Below, piece after piece: positions 1-10,785 of a DNA stretch of 64,000 nt. Made by a program: the position numbers and the translations under genes. The stretch comes from Alphaproteobacteria bacterium. Its GTDB lineage: Bacteria; Pseudomonadota; Alphaproteobacteria; UBA8366; GCA-2717185. The DNA is taken from the NCBI GenBank assembly GCA_021774435.1, contig JAJFJB010000249.1, forward strand, positions 53 to 64,052, written 5' to 3'. Each line of letters opens with the position of its first letter. The stretch's first letter is position 1. Under the pieces are notes generated by a model. That model did no database searches and was not told the DNA's origin. It saw nothing but the letters and a program-made list of their open reading frames with translations.

Positions 1-105
1 AATGGCGCCCGCGACCGCTCCGACGGCACGCTGATTATCGGGATCGTCCGTGGTTTTACAGGCGGCAAGCGATAACGCGAGCACCAAGATGATGACTTGT
101 TTCAT
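1..105 (-). CDS. Lipoprotein, 5' part only (probable glycine-zipper/17 kDa surface-antigen-like); runs off the window
   Basis: Manual translation MKQVIILVLALSLAACKTTDDPDNQRAVGAVAGAI: signal peptide with lipobox LAAC, then the start of a GAxxGA zipper. Not in the ORF track. Confidence 0.7.
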   Translation of the reverse strand, partial: MKQVIILVLALSLAACKTTDDPDNQRAVGAVAGAI

Positions 106-229
106 TTACTTAATCGTCTCAGAATAACGAAGTGTTACGTCGACGCTCGGATGTTTGCGTTGGAAGCTTACTAAACGATTAATTTTACGGATTTCCGATG
201 TGATACAGGCGCCAGGAAGGTTTTTGCTT

Positions 230-481
230 CTAAGCCTTTGGGTCGGCCAAAGTGTTATATCCGAGCGCTTGGCGCATTTCCTCGACGTCCTCTTGTAAAC
301 CGGCACGTTCAAGAATGACGAGTACGCCTGCATCCATGGGTGCAGAGGAGACGGCCCGCCACCCTACCGACAATAAGTCGTTTAGCGCACGTATATCTGT
401 TGCGTTCTGGATTACGACGGCATGCTGGACACGAATTAATGTCTCTTCATCAGCCATGGTGTTATCGGCATTATTAGACAT
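230..481 (-). CDS. Small hypothetical protein (83 aa)
   Basis: GAGGA SD upstream of the ATG; protein-like composition; fills the gap upstream of the lipoprotein. Confidence 0.6.
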   Translation of the reverse strand: MSNNADNTMADEETLIRVQHAVVIQNATDIRALNDLLSVGWRAVSSAPMDAGVLVILERAGLQEDVEEMRQALGYNTLADPKA

Positions 482-804
482 TACCCAAAATCCTCTACTA
501 GTTAACGATTCTGCTTATCACTTCGTCAGATAAATAGCAAGAATAACGGTAATTACAGATGCTTATACTAGTTTTTCTTAATTTTTATTAATCAAATCCG
601 TTGTATCAACTTAAATTCAATTGTTTCGAAAAGATCGATACACGCTGTAGCCTTACAATTTGATATGCGAGGTCACACTTACAGGATAGGGCGCCGCTGT
701 TGCGAAACACATGTACTTCGCAACGCTATCCGTCGTAATTTGGGTAACAATTAAAGGCTGGTTATCGCATTCTGCGCCGCCGCATTGAAAAGGAAGAGGC
801 AAGC

Positions 805-2238
805 GTGTCCGATCTTTCGACGACTGACGAATTATTCTTTAACCGGGCGGGCCTCGACACGGCGCGAACCGAAGGTCTCGTGAATGACGCGTTGCGTGAC
901 GCGGATGACGGCGAGCTGTATTTGGAATATTGCCAAGCTGAAAGCGTCACCTTTGACGATGGCCGGGTGCGAAACGCGAGTTTCGATACCATGCAGGGGT
1001 TTGGCCTGCGGGCGATTGCTGGTGACGCGACGGGTTATTCTCATTCCGCGGAGTTGACCGAGGCGGCCATCAAACGGGCCGCTGATACGGTCCGCGCCGT
1101 TCAGGCCGGCCACAGCGGTACACTGGCGGATGGGCCGTCGGGGACCAATCAAAGCCTCTATGCCGATGAAAACCCGTTGGGGCAGATGGATTTCGGCGCA
1201 AAAGTGAAGATGCTTACGGAAATCGACGCTTACGCGCGGGCCCGCGATCCGCGCGTCCGGCAGGTTACGGCGTCGATTGCGGGCGAATGGCAGGCGGTGC
1301 AGATTATTCGTCCCGGCGGTTTTCGTGTCGCTGATATCCGACCTCTTGTCCGGCTGAATGTCTCCGTTGTCGTTGGCGAAGGGGACCGCATGGAAAGCGG
1401 CGGACATGGCGTCGGCGGGCGCACGTCCTATGAAGCCTTCGTGCAGCCCGATGCCTGGCAGGCGCAAACCGACGAGGCGCTTCGGCAAGCGGTCGTGAAC
1501 CTTGAGTCGGTCGCCGCACCGGCAGGGGAAACGACCGTGGTTTTGGGGCCGGGATGGCCCGGCGTCCTCTTACATGAGGCGGTCGGCCACGGTTTGGAAG
1601 GAGATTTCAACCGCAAGAAGACGTCGGCGTTTGCCGGGCTGATGGGTGAACGCGTTGCATCGCCCGGCGTCACGATCGTCGATGATGGAACGATTTCCGA
1701 CCGCCGTGGTTCCATTTCGATCGATGATGAGGGGACGGCATCGTCGCGAACGGTGCTGATCGAAGACGGTATTTTAGTCGGGTATATGCAGGATCGCATG
1801 AATGCTCGGCTCATGGGTGTCGATGCGACCGGGAACGGGCGGCGACAATCCTTCGGTCACGCGCCAATGCCGCGCATGACCAACACCTACATGCTGAGTG
1901 GTGACAAAGAGCCGGCGGAAATTCTCGCGTCGGTAAAGAATGGATTGTATGCGGTTAACTTCGGTGGCGGCCAGGTCGATATCACCAGTGGCAAGTTTGT
2001 CTTTAGTTGCACGGAAGCCTATATGGTCGAAAACGGTAAAATTGGCGCGCCAGTTAAGGGCGCGACGCTGATCGGCAATGGCCCGGATGCCATGACCCGG
2101 GTTGGCATGATCGGTAATGATTTGGCCTTGGATCCTGGTGTGGGCACGTGCGGTAAGGACGGGCAAAGCGTACCCGTTGGCGTTGGTCAGCCAACGATGC
2201 GTATCGACGGACTAACGGTCGGCGGCACGGCTGCGTGA
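805..2238 (+). CDS. tldD: Metalloprotease TldD
   Basis: LLHEAVGHGLEGDFNRK, PMPRMTNTYM, GGQVDITSGKFVF and C-terminal CGKDGQSVPVGVGQPT motifs. Confidence 0.97.
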   Translation: MSDLSTTDELFFNRAGLDTARTEGLVNDALRDADDGELYLEYCQAESVTFDDGRVRNASFDTMQGFGLRAIAGDATGYSHSAELTEAAIKRAADTVRAVQAGHSGTLADGPSGTNQSLYADENPLGQMDFGAKVKMLTEIDAYARARDPRVRQVTASIAGEWQAVQIIRPGGFRVADIRPLVRLNVSVVVGEGDRMESGGHGVGGRTSYEAFVQPDAWQAQTDEALRQAVVNLESVAAPAGETTVVLGPGWPGVLLHEAVGHGLEGDFNRKKTSAFAGLMGERVASPGVTIVDDGTISDRRGSISIDDEGTASSRTVLIEDGILVGYMQDRMNARLMGVDATGNGRRQSFGHAPMPRMTNTYMLSGDKEPAEILASVKNGLYAVNFGGGQVDITSGKFVFSCTEAYMVENGKIGAPVKGATLIGNGPDAMTRVGMIGNDLALDPGVGTCGKDGQSVPVGVGQPTMRIDGLTVGGTAA

Positions 2239-2660
2239 TGCGGTCGTCCGGAGCGATTCTGGCGGCAAGCCTGGCACTTTTGACGGCTGCGTGCGACGAG
2301 GAGCCCGCGCCGGTGACCGGCAAGGCAAAGGTCGTCCTGGACCTTGTAGATCTATCCTATGCGTTCAAGGATGGCCGGCACACCTATACCCATAATCGCC
2401 AGTTCACGGAATCCGGTGGCGTCGGGGCGAATATTTCCCGGGGGAAAGTCTGCGTGCGCAATGGAGAGGAATGCGTCGACGCTCTGGTTGCTTATCGTGT
2501 CGATGCGTCGCAAGTGCTGCTGCAAAAAGGTCACCATGTTGCGACACCGGCGGCCAAAGACACGATTACGCTGCACTACTGGGTTAAGGATGATGCCGGG
2601 AATGAGTTCGAAATTCACAAGGTATTGAAAACGGATGGCGAAAAGGTAGTGTTCGAATAA
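2235..2660 (+). CDS. Hypothetical lipoprotein
   Basis: Signal peptide with lipobox LTAAC; GTGA overlap with the tldD stop. Confidence 0.75.
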   Translation: MMRSSGAILAASLALLTAACDEEPAPVTGKAKVVLDLVDLSYAFKDGRHTYTHNRQFTESGGVGANISRGKVCVRNGEECVDALVAYRVDASQVLLQKGHHVATPAAKDTITLHYWVKDDAGNEFEIHKVLKTDGEKVVFE

Positions 2661-2683
2661 TCGGAACCGGCCACATTGATCTT

Positions 2684-3439
2684 TCAGTTTAGAATTTCCG
2701 CCGTTTGTGTCTCCAGGCGTACCGATGGCGGGCTGCCAATTTCTCGAATCAGCTTTCGGCGGATTGCGGTCGCGAAGTCGGCAAAATTCTTCGCGCTTTC
2801 TACAAATGATCTAGGGCCGCCGATTACCTGATTTTTATAGTAAACAGCCAGATCTGGTTCATCATTGAGAATGGCGAGGCCATTTATCGTGATGCCGGCG
2901 GCAATGACCAACTGCCGAACTTCGGTTGGAAATACGCCTTGATTCGAGCTGCCATCGCCGGAAACATCGATCACATGGCGTACGCCTTCGAACCCGTTCT
3001 CCTCGAACAGGCCCGCGGAAAAGCTCAGCGCTTCTCCGAGCGCCGTAGCGCCCCATCGCATATACCGTGGTGACTGTTCGATTTCGCTGGCGAAAGCCGC
3101 GGCGCTTTTCTTATCGTGAACATGCATCCATGGGACCGCCTGGGTATGCATGCTGGCGCCTGACCATTGAACCAGCGTAACAGCAATGCCGTTCGGGATG
3201 GCTGAAGACAGTGCCTGCACAACGGGGGAGGAGCGGAACGCATCGGCGATACCGCGCATCTGCAATTCATACTCGTGCGGTTCCACGCTCGATGAACAGT
3301 CGATCGCCAGGATTAATTCCACCGCGACGGTTTCCGCTCGAGCCGGTATGGCGGGCCAAAGAATGATCAACGAAAGGACCAAAATCGATAGCCCTGTTGA
3401 CGCTGCGGTTGTCATGCGGTTGCAGAACCTCTCCATCAT
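2684..3439 (-). CDS. DUF1194 family vWA-like exported protein
   Basis: LILAIDCSSSV (MIDAS-like) and IDVSGDG motifs; signal peptide; true start probably slightly downstream. Confidence 0.88.
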   Translation of the reverse strand: MMERFCNRMTTAASTGLSILVLSLIILWPAIPARAETVAVELILAIDCSSSVEPHEYELQMRGIADAFRSSPVVQALSSAIPNGIAVTLVQWSGASMHTQAVPWMHVHDKKSAAAFASEIEQSPRYMRWGATALGEALSFSAGLFEENGFEGVRHVIDVSGDGSSNQGVFPTEVRQLVIAAGITINGLAILNDEPDLAVYYKNQVIGGPRSFVESAKNFADFATAIRRKLIREIGSPPSVRLETQTAEILN

Positions 3440-3550
3440 ATCGACATACTAGCCTCGTGAAGGTCGCGCGTCAGCAATCGTAGCGTGTTGCATCGAACAC
3501 AAGTCAGTGTTTAGAACCAATGTCAGGTAAGTTAGTCGAGGGACTGTGTC

Positions 3551-4195
3551 GTGTTCAAATCACTTAAATATAGCGCAATTTTGACGATGCTCTTGGTTCC
3601 CCGCCTGGTGATGGCAGCAGGCGTTCCCGAGGAAGGGATCCTAGATTTTGCGATTTTGCGCGATGGTGCGGAAATTGGCAGCCACGTCATTCGGTTCGAA
3701 AAGGTGGGCGAGCCGACGGTCGTTCAGATCGAGGCAAAGGTCGATTATCGGCTCGCCTTTATTCCACTGTATTTATTTGAGCATACGGCGCGCGAGGAAT
3801 GGCGGAACGGTCGGCTGGTTGGGATGTCCGTGCAGACCAATGACAATGGCGACGATTATCGCGTCGCGGTTACGTCTGCGGGCGATAACCTGACGCTTTC
3901 TATCAATGGCGACGGAACGGCAATCGACCCCCGCACGATACCGGCGAGCTTGTGGAATATCGCGGTCGTTGATCAGAAAACGATACTTGATCCTGCGGAT
4001 GGCGATATGATGAATGTGTCGGTTCGAGAATCCGGGGAAGAGGTGATAGAAGTGCGCGGAAAATCCGTGCGCGCCAAGCTCTATGTCATGACCGGGGATT
4101 TCAAACGCAATCTTTGGTACGACGCGCACAAAGTCCTCGTACAGGTACAATTCGAAGGCAGAGATGGTTCGGAAATCCGCTATAAGCTTCGTTGA
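3551..4195 (+). CDS. DUF6134-like exported protein
   Basis: Signal peptide; FAILRDGAEIGSH...EEWRNGRL...PASLWN...LWYD pattern. Confidence 0.75.
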   Translation: MFKSLKYSAILTMLLVPRLVMAAGVPEEGILDFAILRDGAEIGSHVIRFEKVGEPTVVQIEAKVDYRLAFIPLYLFEHTAREEWRNGRLVGMSVQTNDNGDDYRVAVTSAGDNLTLSINGDGTAIDPRTIPASLWNIAVVDQKTILDPADGDMMNVSVRESGEEVIEVRGKSVRAKLYVMTGDFKRNLWYDAHKVLVQVQFEGRDGSEIRYKLR

Positions 4196-4208
4196 ACGGA
4201 TTGTATTC

Positions 4209-4937
4209 TCAAAGTATGAGCGCAGTGATACCGATAACGGTGACGACAGCCAGAGCAGCATAACGGAACAACCCTTCGGACGCGTACGCGAACAGCTTTC
4301 CGCCGATCCAGATTGCAATAAGGTAAGGGGGTGCAAGGATTAGAGCGCGCAGCGCGATTTCGGCGGTCAACGCACCATTGATCCAAATCGTTATCAAGGC
4401 AGTCATGTTTGCGATGGCGAGATAGCCGATGATATTGGCTCTGACCGCTTCATGTCCGTGCGGACCCGACAACAGAAACAGGACAGCCGGCGGTGCCCCC
4501 ATGCCGGCACCGCCACTCAGAATGCCGCCGACGGTACCAACCCCAATTATTATTGGTAAATTCGGTGGTTTTTGATAGCGCCAACCCACCATTAGAATAG
4601 CCACGAATCCAAGCACGGTTATCGCGATTGCGCGCTGCATGTCAGCGGGATCGATATTGATTAACAACCACGCGCCAAACGGCGTCGTCAAAATTGAAGC
4701 GAGCGCCAGTGGCGCCACGATCCGCTTTTCGGATTGTTGCATGGCCGTGCGCAACAATTGAAGAACCGCGCCAATATCCGCCAGCAGAACGATCGACACG
4801 GCGCCGAGCGGCCCGTAAATAAGGCTCAATCCGGGGACAGCCCCCATGGAGCCACCAAAGCCTAGAAATCCGCGCAGCAATCCCCCTAGCGCCATGAAGC
4901 CGGCCGCGGCAAGGAGATTGGTGTCGAACTCGATCAT
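4209..4937 (-). CDS. Sulfite exporter TauE/SafE family membrane protein
   Basis: GLLRGFLGFGG and GGILSGGAGMGAPP repeats, multiple TM helices; start taken at MIEFD (ORF track 4961). Confidence 0.88.
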   Translation of the reverse strand: MIEFDTNLLAAAGFMALGGLLRGFLGFGGSMGAVPGLSLIYGPLGAVSIVLLADIGAVLQLLRTAMQQSEKRIVAPLALASILTTPFGAWLLINIDPADMQRAIAITVLGFVAILMVGWRYQKPPNLPIIIGVGTVGGILSGGAGMGAPPAVLFLLSGPHGHEAVRANIIGYLAIANMTALITIWINGALTAEIALRALILAPPYLIAIWIGGKLFAYASEGLFRYAALAVVTVIGITALIL

Positions 4938-5032
4938 CGTGAAGGTTTTATTTGGCCGCAATGGGAAAGGTTGAAGGCAGATAGGGGGCAGGCTACCTTG
5001 ATTACCATGGAAAACCTGTAAGGAAGAGTGCC

Positions 5033-6430
5033 ATGTCGGCAGAAGCAGCGTACGCCCCGGTTACCAAGCCGTTGATAGAGGAACTGCGTGGCGTAATCGG
5101 CGACCGTGTGTCGACTGCGGCTGCGGTACGCGAACATCATGGCAATGGCGAGGACTATTACGCCGCGATGCCGCCGGACGCGGTGTGTTTCGCACACACC
5201 ACCGAAGAAGTCAGTGAATTGGTCAAAATCTGCGCGCGGCACGGCACGCCGATAATTGCCTACGGCACCGGGACCTCGCTTGAAGGTCATGTCGTGGCTT
5301 TACATGGCGGCATTTGTATCGATGTTTCAGAGATGGGCGCGGTTCTGGAAGTCAATTCGGAAGATTTGGATTGCCGCGTTCAAGCGGGCGTGACCCGCAA
5401 GCAGGTTAATGAGCATTTGCGCGACACAGGCCTGTTTTTCCCGATTGACCCAGGAGCGGATGCGTCGATAGGCGGGATGGCGGCGACTCGGGCGAGCGGT
5501 ACTAACGCGGTACGCTACGGCACCATGCGCGAAAATGTCTTGGGGTTGACGGTGGTGTTGGCGGATGGCCGGGTCATTCGAACAGGAGGCCGGGCACGCA
5601 AATCCGCGGCTGGATATGATCTGACGCGTGTGTTTGTTGGATCCGAAGGAACACTCGGCATCATTACCGAGGTTCAGCTTCGTCTGTACGGCATCCCGGA
5701 AGCGATGTCAGCGGCGGTTTGCCAGTATCCGACACTCGCCGATGCGGTGAATACGGTAATTACGACAATTCAATCCGGCATTCCCGTGGCGCGCATTGAA
5801 CTGCTCGACGATGTACAGATGGGCGCCTGCATTACTTACTCCAAATTGGAGGGCTATGAGAGCAAACCCACCTTGCTTTATGAGTTTCACGGTTCCGAGG
5901 CGTCGGTCGCCGAGCAGTCGGAAATGGTCGGGGCAATTTCGGATGAGTTTGGGGGCAGCGAATTCCGCTGGGCGACGAAAACGGAAGACAGAAATTATCT
6001 CTGGCAGGCGCGGCATGACGCTTATTTTGCGGCTCTGGCTTTATCTCCTGGCAAGCGCGGCGTCACAACGGATGCCTGCGTGCCGATTTCCAATCTGGCG
6101 GAATGCGTTCTGGAAACCCGGCGTGATATCGACGAGTCTGGATTCGTGGGACCAATCGTTGGCCATGCAGGAGACGGAAATTTTCATGTCGTTCTGCTGA
6201 TCGATCCAGATGATCCGGAGGATTTGAAGCGGGCGAAGGCGCTTACCGGTCGTCTCAATCATCGAGCGATCGCGATGGGTGGCACGTGCACAGGCGAACA
6301 TGGAATCGGCATGGGCAAGTTGGATTTCCTGACCGCGGAACATGGCGAAGCCGTCAGTGTCATGCGGAGCATTAAAAATGCCCTGGATCCCGAAAACATC
6401 ATGAATCCGGGAAAAATGCTGCGACCTTAA
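5033..6430 (+). CDS. FAD-linked oxidase, D-lactate dehydrogenase (cytochrome)/GlcD-like
   Basis: GTGTSLEGH, FFPIDPGADASIGGM, GHAGDGNFH, TGEHGIG and DPENIMNPGK motifs. Confidence 0.92.
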   Translation: MSAEAAYAPVTKPLIEELRGVIGDRVSTAAAVREHHGNGEDYYAAMPPDAVCFAHTTEEVSELVKICARHGTPIIAYGTGTSLEGHVVALHGGICIDVSEMGAVLEVNSEDLDCRVQAGVTRKQVNEHLRDTGLFFPIDPGADASIGGMAATRASGTNAVRYGTMRENVLGLTVVLADGRVIRTGGRARKSAAGYDLTRVFVGSEGTLGIITEVQLRLYGIPEAMSAAVCQYPTLADAVNTVITTIQSGIPVARIELLDDVQMGACITYSKLEGYESKPTLLYEFHGSEASVAEQSEMVGAISDEFGGSEFRWATKTEDRNYLWQARHDAYFAALALSPGKRGVTTDACVPISNLAECVLETRRDIDESGFVGPIVGHAGDGNFHVVLLIDPDDPEDLKRAKALTGRLNHRAIAMGGTCTGEHGIGMGKLDFLTAEHGEAVSVMRSIKNALDPENIMNPGKMLRP

Positions 6431-6560
6431 GAACGCACAACGACAAAAAGTAACAGCATTTGAAATACCCCAACAAAGGTCTTAACTGTATGGGGGTTTC
6501 CGCGCTGGGTATTGTTAGATTCGGTCCGCCTGCCCGTGTTCGATTTCTCGGAGCTTTCGC

Positions 6561-9500
6561 TTGAAAAATGTTCTCATCGCACTTGCCGCGTTGCTGGTGG
6601 TGCTCGTCGTCGCAGTCCTTGTCGGGCCCAGCTTTGTCGACTGGAATGCTTACAAAGGTCAGATCGTTGCCGCAGTCCGTGACAACACGGGGCGCGCGGC
6701 TGCAATTGATGGCGATATTGCCTTTTCCATATTGCCGGCACCGGCACTCCGTGTCGCTGGCGTGCGCATCGCCAATTTCGAAGGCGCGCGATCGGCCGAC
6801 ATGGTCAATCTTAAGGAGCTCCGGGTCAGCGTCTCCATCGCAGCTTTGCTCGAGCGGCGTATTGTTGTTGAACAGCTTGAATTAATCGAGCCTGTCATTG
6901 CCCTCGAAATCGACAAGGACGGCAAGGCAAGTTGGGATATCCAGCAAGCTGCTGCCGAGTCGTCAGATTCGGCGCCGCAAGGCGATACTCAATCCGATGC
7001 ACCGCTTGATATTTCACTGGCGAACGTTCGAATTCGGGGCGGATCGTTGAGCTTTCGTGACGCTCGGTCCGGTACTCTGGAAACGATCGATGGTCTTGAC
7101 ATAGCAGTGTCGGCGCCATCGCTTTCCGGACCTTTCGAGGTTACTGCTTCCGCCCGCGCACGGAATATCCCAGTTTCGATTGAACTCAAAACCGGGACAC
7201 TCAAAGGTGCGGAACCGCTGACACTCAGCCTAAAGGCGGTGCTGACAGAAGCAGACGCGGAAATCCGCTTCAATGGCCGAATGTTGGCACCAATTCCAAC
7301 AGGGTTACTATCCGGAAAACTTGAGATTGAAGGTTCTGACGCGGCACGGATTGCATCCGCTATCGTCAAAGATCCGCTGCCGAGTTCTCTTGCGCGTCCA
7401 GTCTCCCTAGACGGCATGCTTATGGTTTCGCCTGACGCGATCGCACTAAACGATACGGCGATTAAACTCGGTGCATTTTCCGGTAACGGCGCGGTTAGCG
7501 TGACCCTCGGTGAAACAGTCAATGCGGATATTGCGATTTCCGTGAGCCGGCTGAATTTGGACGATCTACTTGCTGACGCTGCAAACACAGGAACCGCCAA
7601 GGCGAAGCCCGCTGATAAGGGTGCCGATACGGTGCCGGATAAATCCGCGCAATCCAAAGCGTCGCCATTTTCGCTGCCACAGAACATCAGCGCGTCATTC
7701 GATTTGTCAATCGATGTCGTCCAATATCGGAATGGCGTGATTCGTGAGGTTGGGCTGCGGGCGGCTCTTGCCAATGGCGCTGTGACGCTCGATCGCGCGT
7801 CTGCACTGCTGCCGGGCGGATCGGATATCTCTCTCCTTGGGTTCTTGTCTGTTTTGGAGGGGACCCCCCGCTTCGAAGGCGAAGTCGCCGCGGCGTCGGA
7901 TAATTTACGCGCGCTTCTTGGTTGGGCGGGTGCGGATATTCAAACATTGCCTGCAGATCGGCTGCGTGGCTTTTCCTATGCGAGCAAGATCAAGGTAACC
8001 CCGACAGCAGTTGAAGTGCCTGATATCAATATCCGGCTTGACGCCAGTACAATGACGGGCGGGCTTGCCGTTGCGCTGCGAGAGCGTCCGGGTTTTGGGT
8101 TACGGCTGGCCATCGATCAACTGAATATGGACGCCTATAAGCCGCGTCCCTCGTCGTCGCGACCGGCGGTCAGTAGCAAAAAGGAGGCAAAGGGTTCGCA
8201 ATCTACGGAGGCTCCGAATGACGCAAACCCTTTGGCTTTCTTAGATATGTTTGATGCGAACATAGACGCCCAAATTGAACGTTTGACCGTCGAGAAGACG
8301 TTAGCGCGCAAAGTTCGTTTCGATGGTTTGCTGGTGGGCGGTGCGCTAACCGTTCGAAAGAGCAGTGTCGCGGATTTTGCGGGAGTTGGGGCTGAAGCGA
8401 GCGGCGAAATAAAGGGATTGTCCGGGAAACCGTCGGTTGCGCTTGACTATCGCATCGCCGCGAGCGATCCGGGTAAGCTGTTCCGGTTCTTGGGGACCAC
8501 ATCGCCGATTCCGCATAATAAGCTTGGAAAACCGTCGGCGGCCGGCCGTCTCGAAGGTGACCTAAAGTCGCTGAAGGTCACATCCAAGCTTGCCGGCGCG
8601 GGTGCCAAGATTCAACTAGATGGTACGGTAAAGGATGCCCTTGGAACCCGAGTATTGGACATGGGGTTCGTGGTTGATCACCCTGAAACCGTGCAGTTCG
8701 TTCGTCTCGTGTCCCCGGAATTCAATCCCGCGGCGAAAACGCTCGGGCCACTGTCCGTAGCCTTTCGGCTCGCAGGAACACCTGTGGATCTGAAGATTTC
8801 AGGGTTGGATGCAAATGCTGGTCCCGTTGCGGTAAAAGGAAACCTTGCAATTCAATCGGGCGGAGCACGGCCATTCATCCGCGCCGAACTCGCAACCAGC
8901 GAAGTACTTCTCGACCTGTTTCTATCGGCACCGAAGAAAACAGGTGCCGCAACGGCACGCGGGCGGGCTGCGGCTGCGAATGGCGGCGGTACGGGCTCGA
9001 AGTCGAATGACCGGTGGTCACGGGACCCAATCGATTTGTCCGCGCTGAGCGGGGTCGATGCGGATTTGAAGCTGCGCATGGCGGGTCTTATCGGCGATCG
9101 TATTCGTCTTTCAGAGCCGGTAGTCGAGGCGGATTTAAAGTCCGGAAAGCTCACACTTCGTCAGTTTCGTGCCGGACTCTTCGGCGGTTCCTTATCCGCC
9201 ACTGCAATTGTTGACGCGGCATCTCGTGTGCCCGCGATGTCGGCAAATGTCGTAGCGTCGAATATCGATTTGGTGACCGCCGCAAAAACACTTGGGCAGG
9301 AGCCCCGGGTGTCGGGGCCTGTGTCGATGAACGCGGCGCTCAACACGACGGGAAGCTCAGTGGCCGCCATCGTATCGGCGCTTGGCGGCACCGGCGATCT
9401 TGCTGGCAAAATTCAAATACTAACGACGAAACAGGAAGACCGTGCGATCGGCGCGATCGGTCTCGCGACCGCGCTTTTTGGCAAGAAGGTAAAGGAACTG

Positions 9501-9944
9501 AAACAAGTTGGCGGGTTGACCAATGAACTGGTCCAAGCCTTTGGCCGGGCGCCGGCGGACTTATCTGGAAACTTCGTTGTCGAGCGCGGTGTCGTTGGAA
9601 CGCGCGATACTATTCTTAGGGGCGCCGGGGCGCAGGCTCTAACAGTCGGCGCGGCGGATTTACCACGCTGGCTTGTCGACGCCAAAACATCCGTATCGCG
9701 GGGCAGTCAGGATTCCCAATCACCTTATATCTCCGTCACGCTTAAGGGCGCGCTGGATTCACCGAATATAAAGACCGGGGGTTCGTTTCTCAGTTCGAAC
9801 AACAACAAGCCCGCTGCTTCGGACCCGGTGCAACAAATTCTCCCGGGCATTCTGGGTTCAAAACCTGATGCGAACAGTGAAAAATCCGAGAAGGTGCAGC
9901 CGCAGGATATAATACGCGGCCTATTGAAAGGGTTGGGACGCTAG
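6561..9944 (+). CDS. AsmA family protein
   Basis: N-terminal TM followed by FVDWNAYK; long beta-rich repeats; C-terminal G-x-LDSP. Confidence 0.88.
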   Translation: MKNVLIALAALLVVLVVAVLVGPSFVDWNAYKGQIVAAVRDNTGRAAAIDGDIAFSILPAPALRVAGVRIANFEGARSADMVNLKELRVSVSIAALLERRIVVEQLELIEPVIALEIDKDGKASWDIQQAAAESSDSAPQGDTQSDAPLDISLANVRIRGGSLSFRDARSGTLETIDGLDIAVSAPSLSGPFEVTASARARNIPVSIELKTGTLKGAEPLTLSLKAVLTEADAEIRFNGRMLAPIPTGLLSGKLEIEGSDAARIASAIVKDPLPSSLARPVSLDGMLMVSPDAIALNDTAIKLGAFSGNGAVSVTLGETVNADIAISVSRLNLDDLLADAANTGTAKAKPADKGADTVPDKSAQSKASPFSLPQNISASFDLSIDVVQYRNGVIREVGLRAALANGAVTLDRASALLPGGSDISLLGFLSVLEGTPRFEGEVAAASDNLRALLGWAGADIQTLPADRLRGFSYASKIKVTPTAVEVPDINIRLDASTMTGGLAVALRERPGFGLRLAIDQLNMDAYKPRPSSSRPAVSSKKEAKGSQSTEAPNDANPLAFLDMFDANIDAQIERLTVEKTLARKVRFDGLLVGGALTVRKSSVADFAGVGAEASGEIKGLSGKPSVALDYRIAASDPGKLFRFLGTTSPIPHNKLGKPSAAGRLEGDLKSLKVTSKLAGAGAKIQLDGTVKDALGTRVLDMGFVVDHPETVQFVRLVSPEFNPAAKTLGPLSVAFRLAGTPVDLKISGLDANAGPVAVKGNLAIQSGGARPFIRAELATSEVLLDLFLSAPKKTGAATARGRAAAANGGGTGSKSNDRWSRDPIDLSALSGVDADLKLRMAGLIGDRIRLSEPVVEADLKSGKLTLRQFRAGLFGGSLSATAIVDAASRVPAMSANVVASNIDLVTAAKTLGQEPRVSGPVSMNAALNTTGSSVAAIVSALGGTGDLAGKIQILTTKQEDRAIGAIGLATALFGKKVKELKQVGGLTNELVQAFGRAPADLSGNFVVERGVVGTRDTILRGAGAQALTVGAADLPRWLVDAKTSVSRGSQDSQSPYISVTLKGALDSPNIKTGGSFLSSNNNKPAASDPVQQILPGILGSKPDANSEKSEKVQPQDIIRGLLKGLGR

Positions 9945-9979
9945 ATAGCTGGATGTGCAATGCGGTGTATTGTATGCGT

Positions 9980-10288
9980 CTACGCGACGCGGCCGGAACC
10001 TTGGCGCCGATAGGAATCCAGGACGAATAAACGAATAGCGCTCGACAGGTTTCCGGATCGCCGACTATCAATTTCGGTTACCATCTGGTTGACAGTCAAT
10101 CCGCGTGAATTCGCGATCGCTTTGAGCGCATTCCAGAATGCATTTTCTAGGGAAACACTCGTGCGATGTCCGGCGATTACAACAGATCGTTTGCGCATCT
10201 CGCCCGGGTTAATCGCGTGGTCTTCTTCCATCTTCGGCATATCGGGCGCCACCCTCCTCGCCCCATAATTGCCAATAGCTTGATTCAT
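9980..10288 (-). CDS. Ribbon-helix-helix domain protein
   Basis: KRSVVIAGHRTSVSLENAFW...NLSSAIRLFVL signature. Confidence 0.9.
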   Translation of the reverse strand: MNQAIGNYGARRVAPDMPKMEEDHAINPGEMRKRSVVIAGHRTSVSLENAFWNALKAIANSRGLTVNQMVTEIDSRRSGNLSSAIRLFVLDSYRRQGSGRVA

Positions 10289-10412
10289 TTACCGAACCCT
10301 TCCTGTAAAAACTATATCGGAGGGGCAAAACTTCGACAAACGAGACGCGGTAATTCTGTAGGTTTCTCACAATATGTTGAACGCTCGTGACAGTAGGCCT
10401 TCTTGAAGCCGG

Positions 10413-10760
10413 TTAAGTCTTTGATTTTTCGGATTGTCCGCGGCCTGCGGCGGCAATCGCATGATAGGTCCATGTCGCAAGCTCGACGGGATCCTCGAGA
10501 ACGTCCAGTGGGACTTGCCAATATGACATCTCACGGACCTTGTCGCCTCTTGTATAGCGAAACGGCGGCATACCTGCACCTTCGTGAGCCGTTCGGTTTA
10601 TGTCATCGGCTTTGAAGTAGAGCGTGCCTTGCGCTATGAGGCCGAACATGACGCCGTCGCGAAAAATACCAAAACCACCGAACATCGCGCGCGCGGTAAC
10701 ACCTTCGACCTCTTCAAGTTGGTCGAGTACAAAATTCCGGAATTCTTTCGAGCTGCTCAA
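10413..10760 (-). CDS. TfoX/Sxy N-terminal domain protein
   Basis: ARAMFGGFGIF..GVMFGLI...LYFKAD...MSYWQVP signature. Confidence 0.9.
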   Translation of the reverse strand: MSSSKEFRNFVLDQLEEVEGVTARAMFGGFGIFRDGVMFGLIAQGTLYFKADDINRTAHEGAGMPPFRYTRGDKVREMSYWQVPLDVLEDPVELATWTYHAIAAAGRGQSEKSKT

Positions 10761-10785
10761 CGTTTACCCATGAGCGCCGATGCTA

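Noticed and set aside
575-595. CtrA box in the AT-rich region
   Set aside because: The TTAA half-sites are spaced by 6 nt rather than 7
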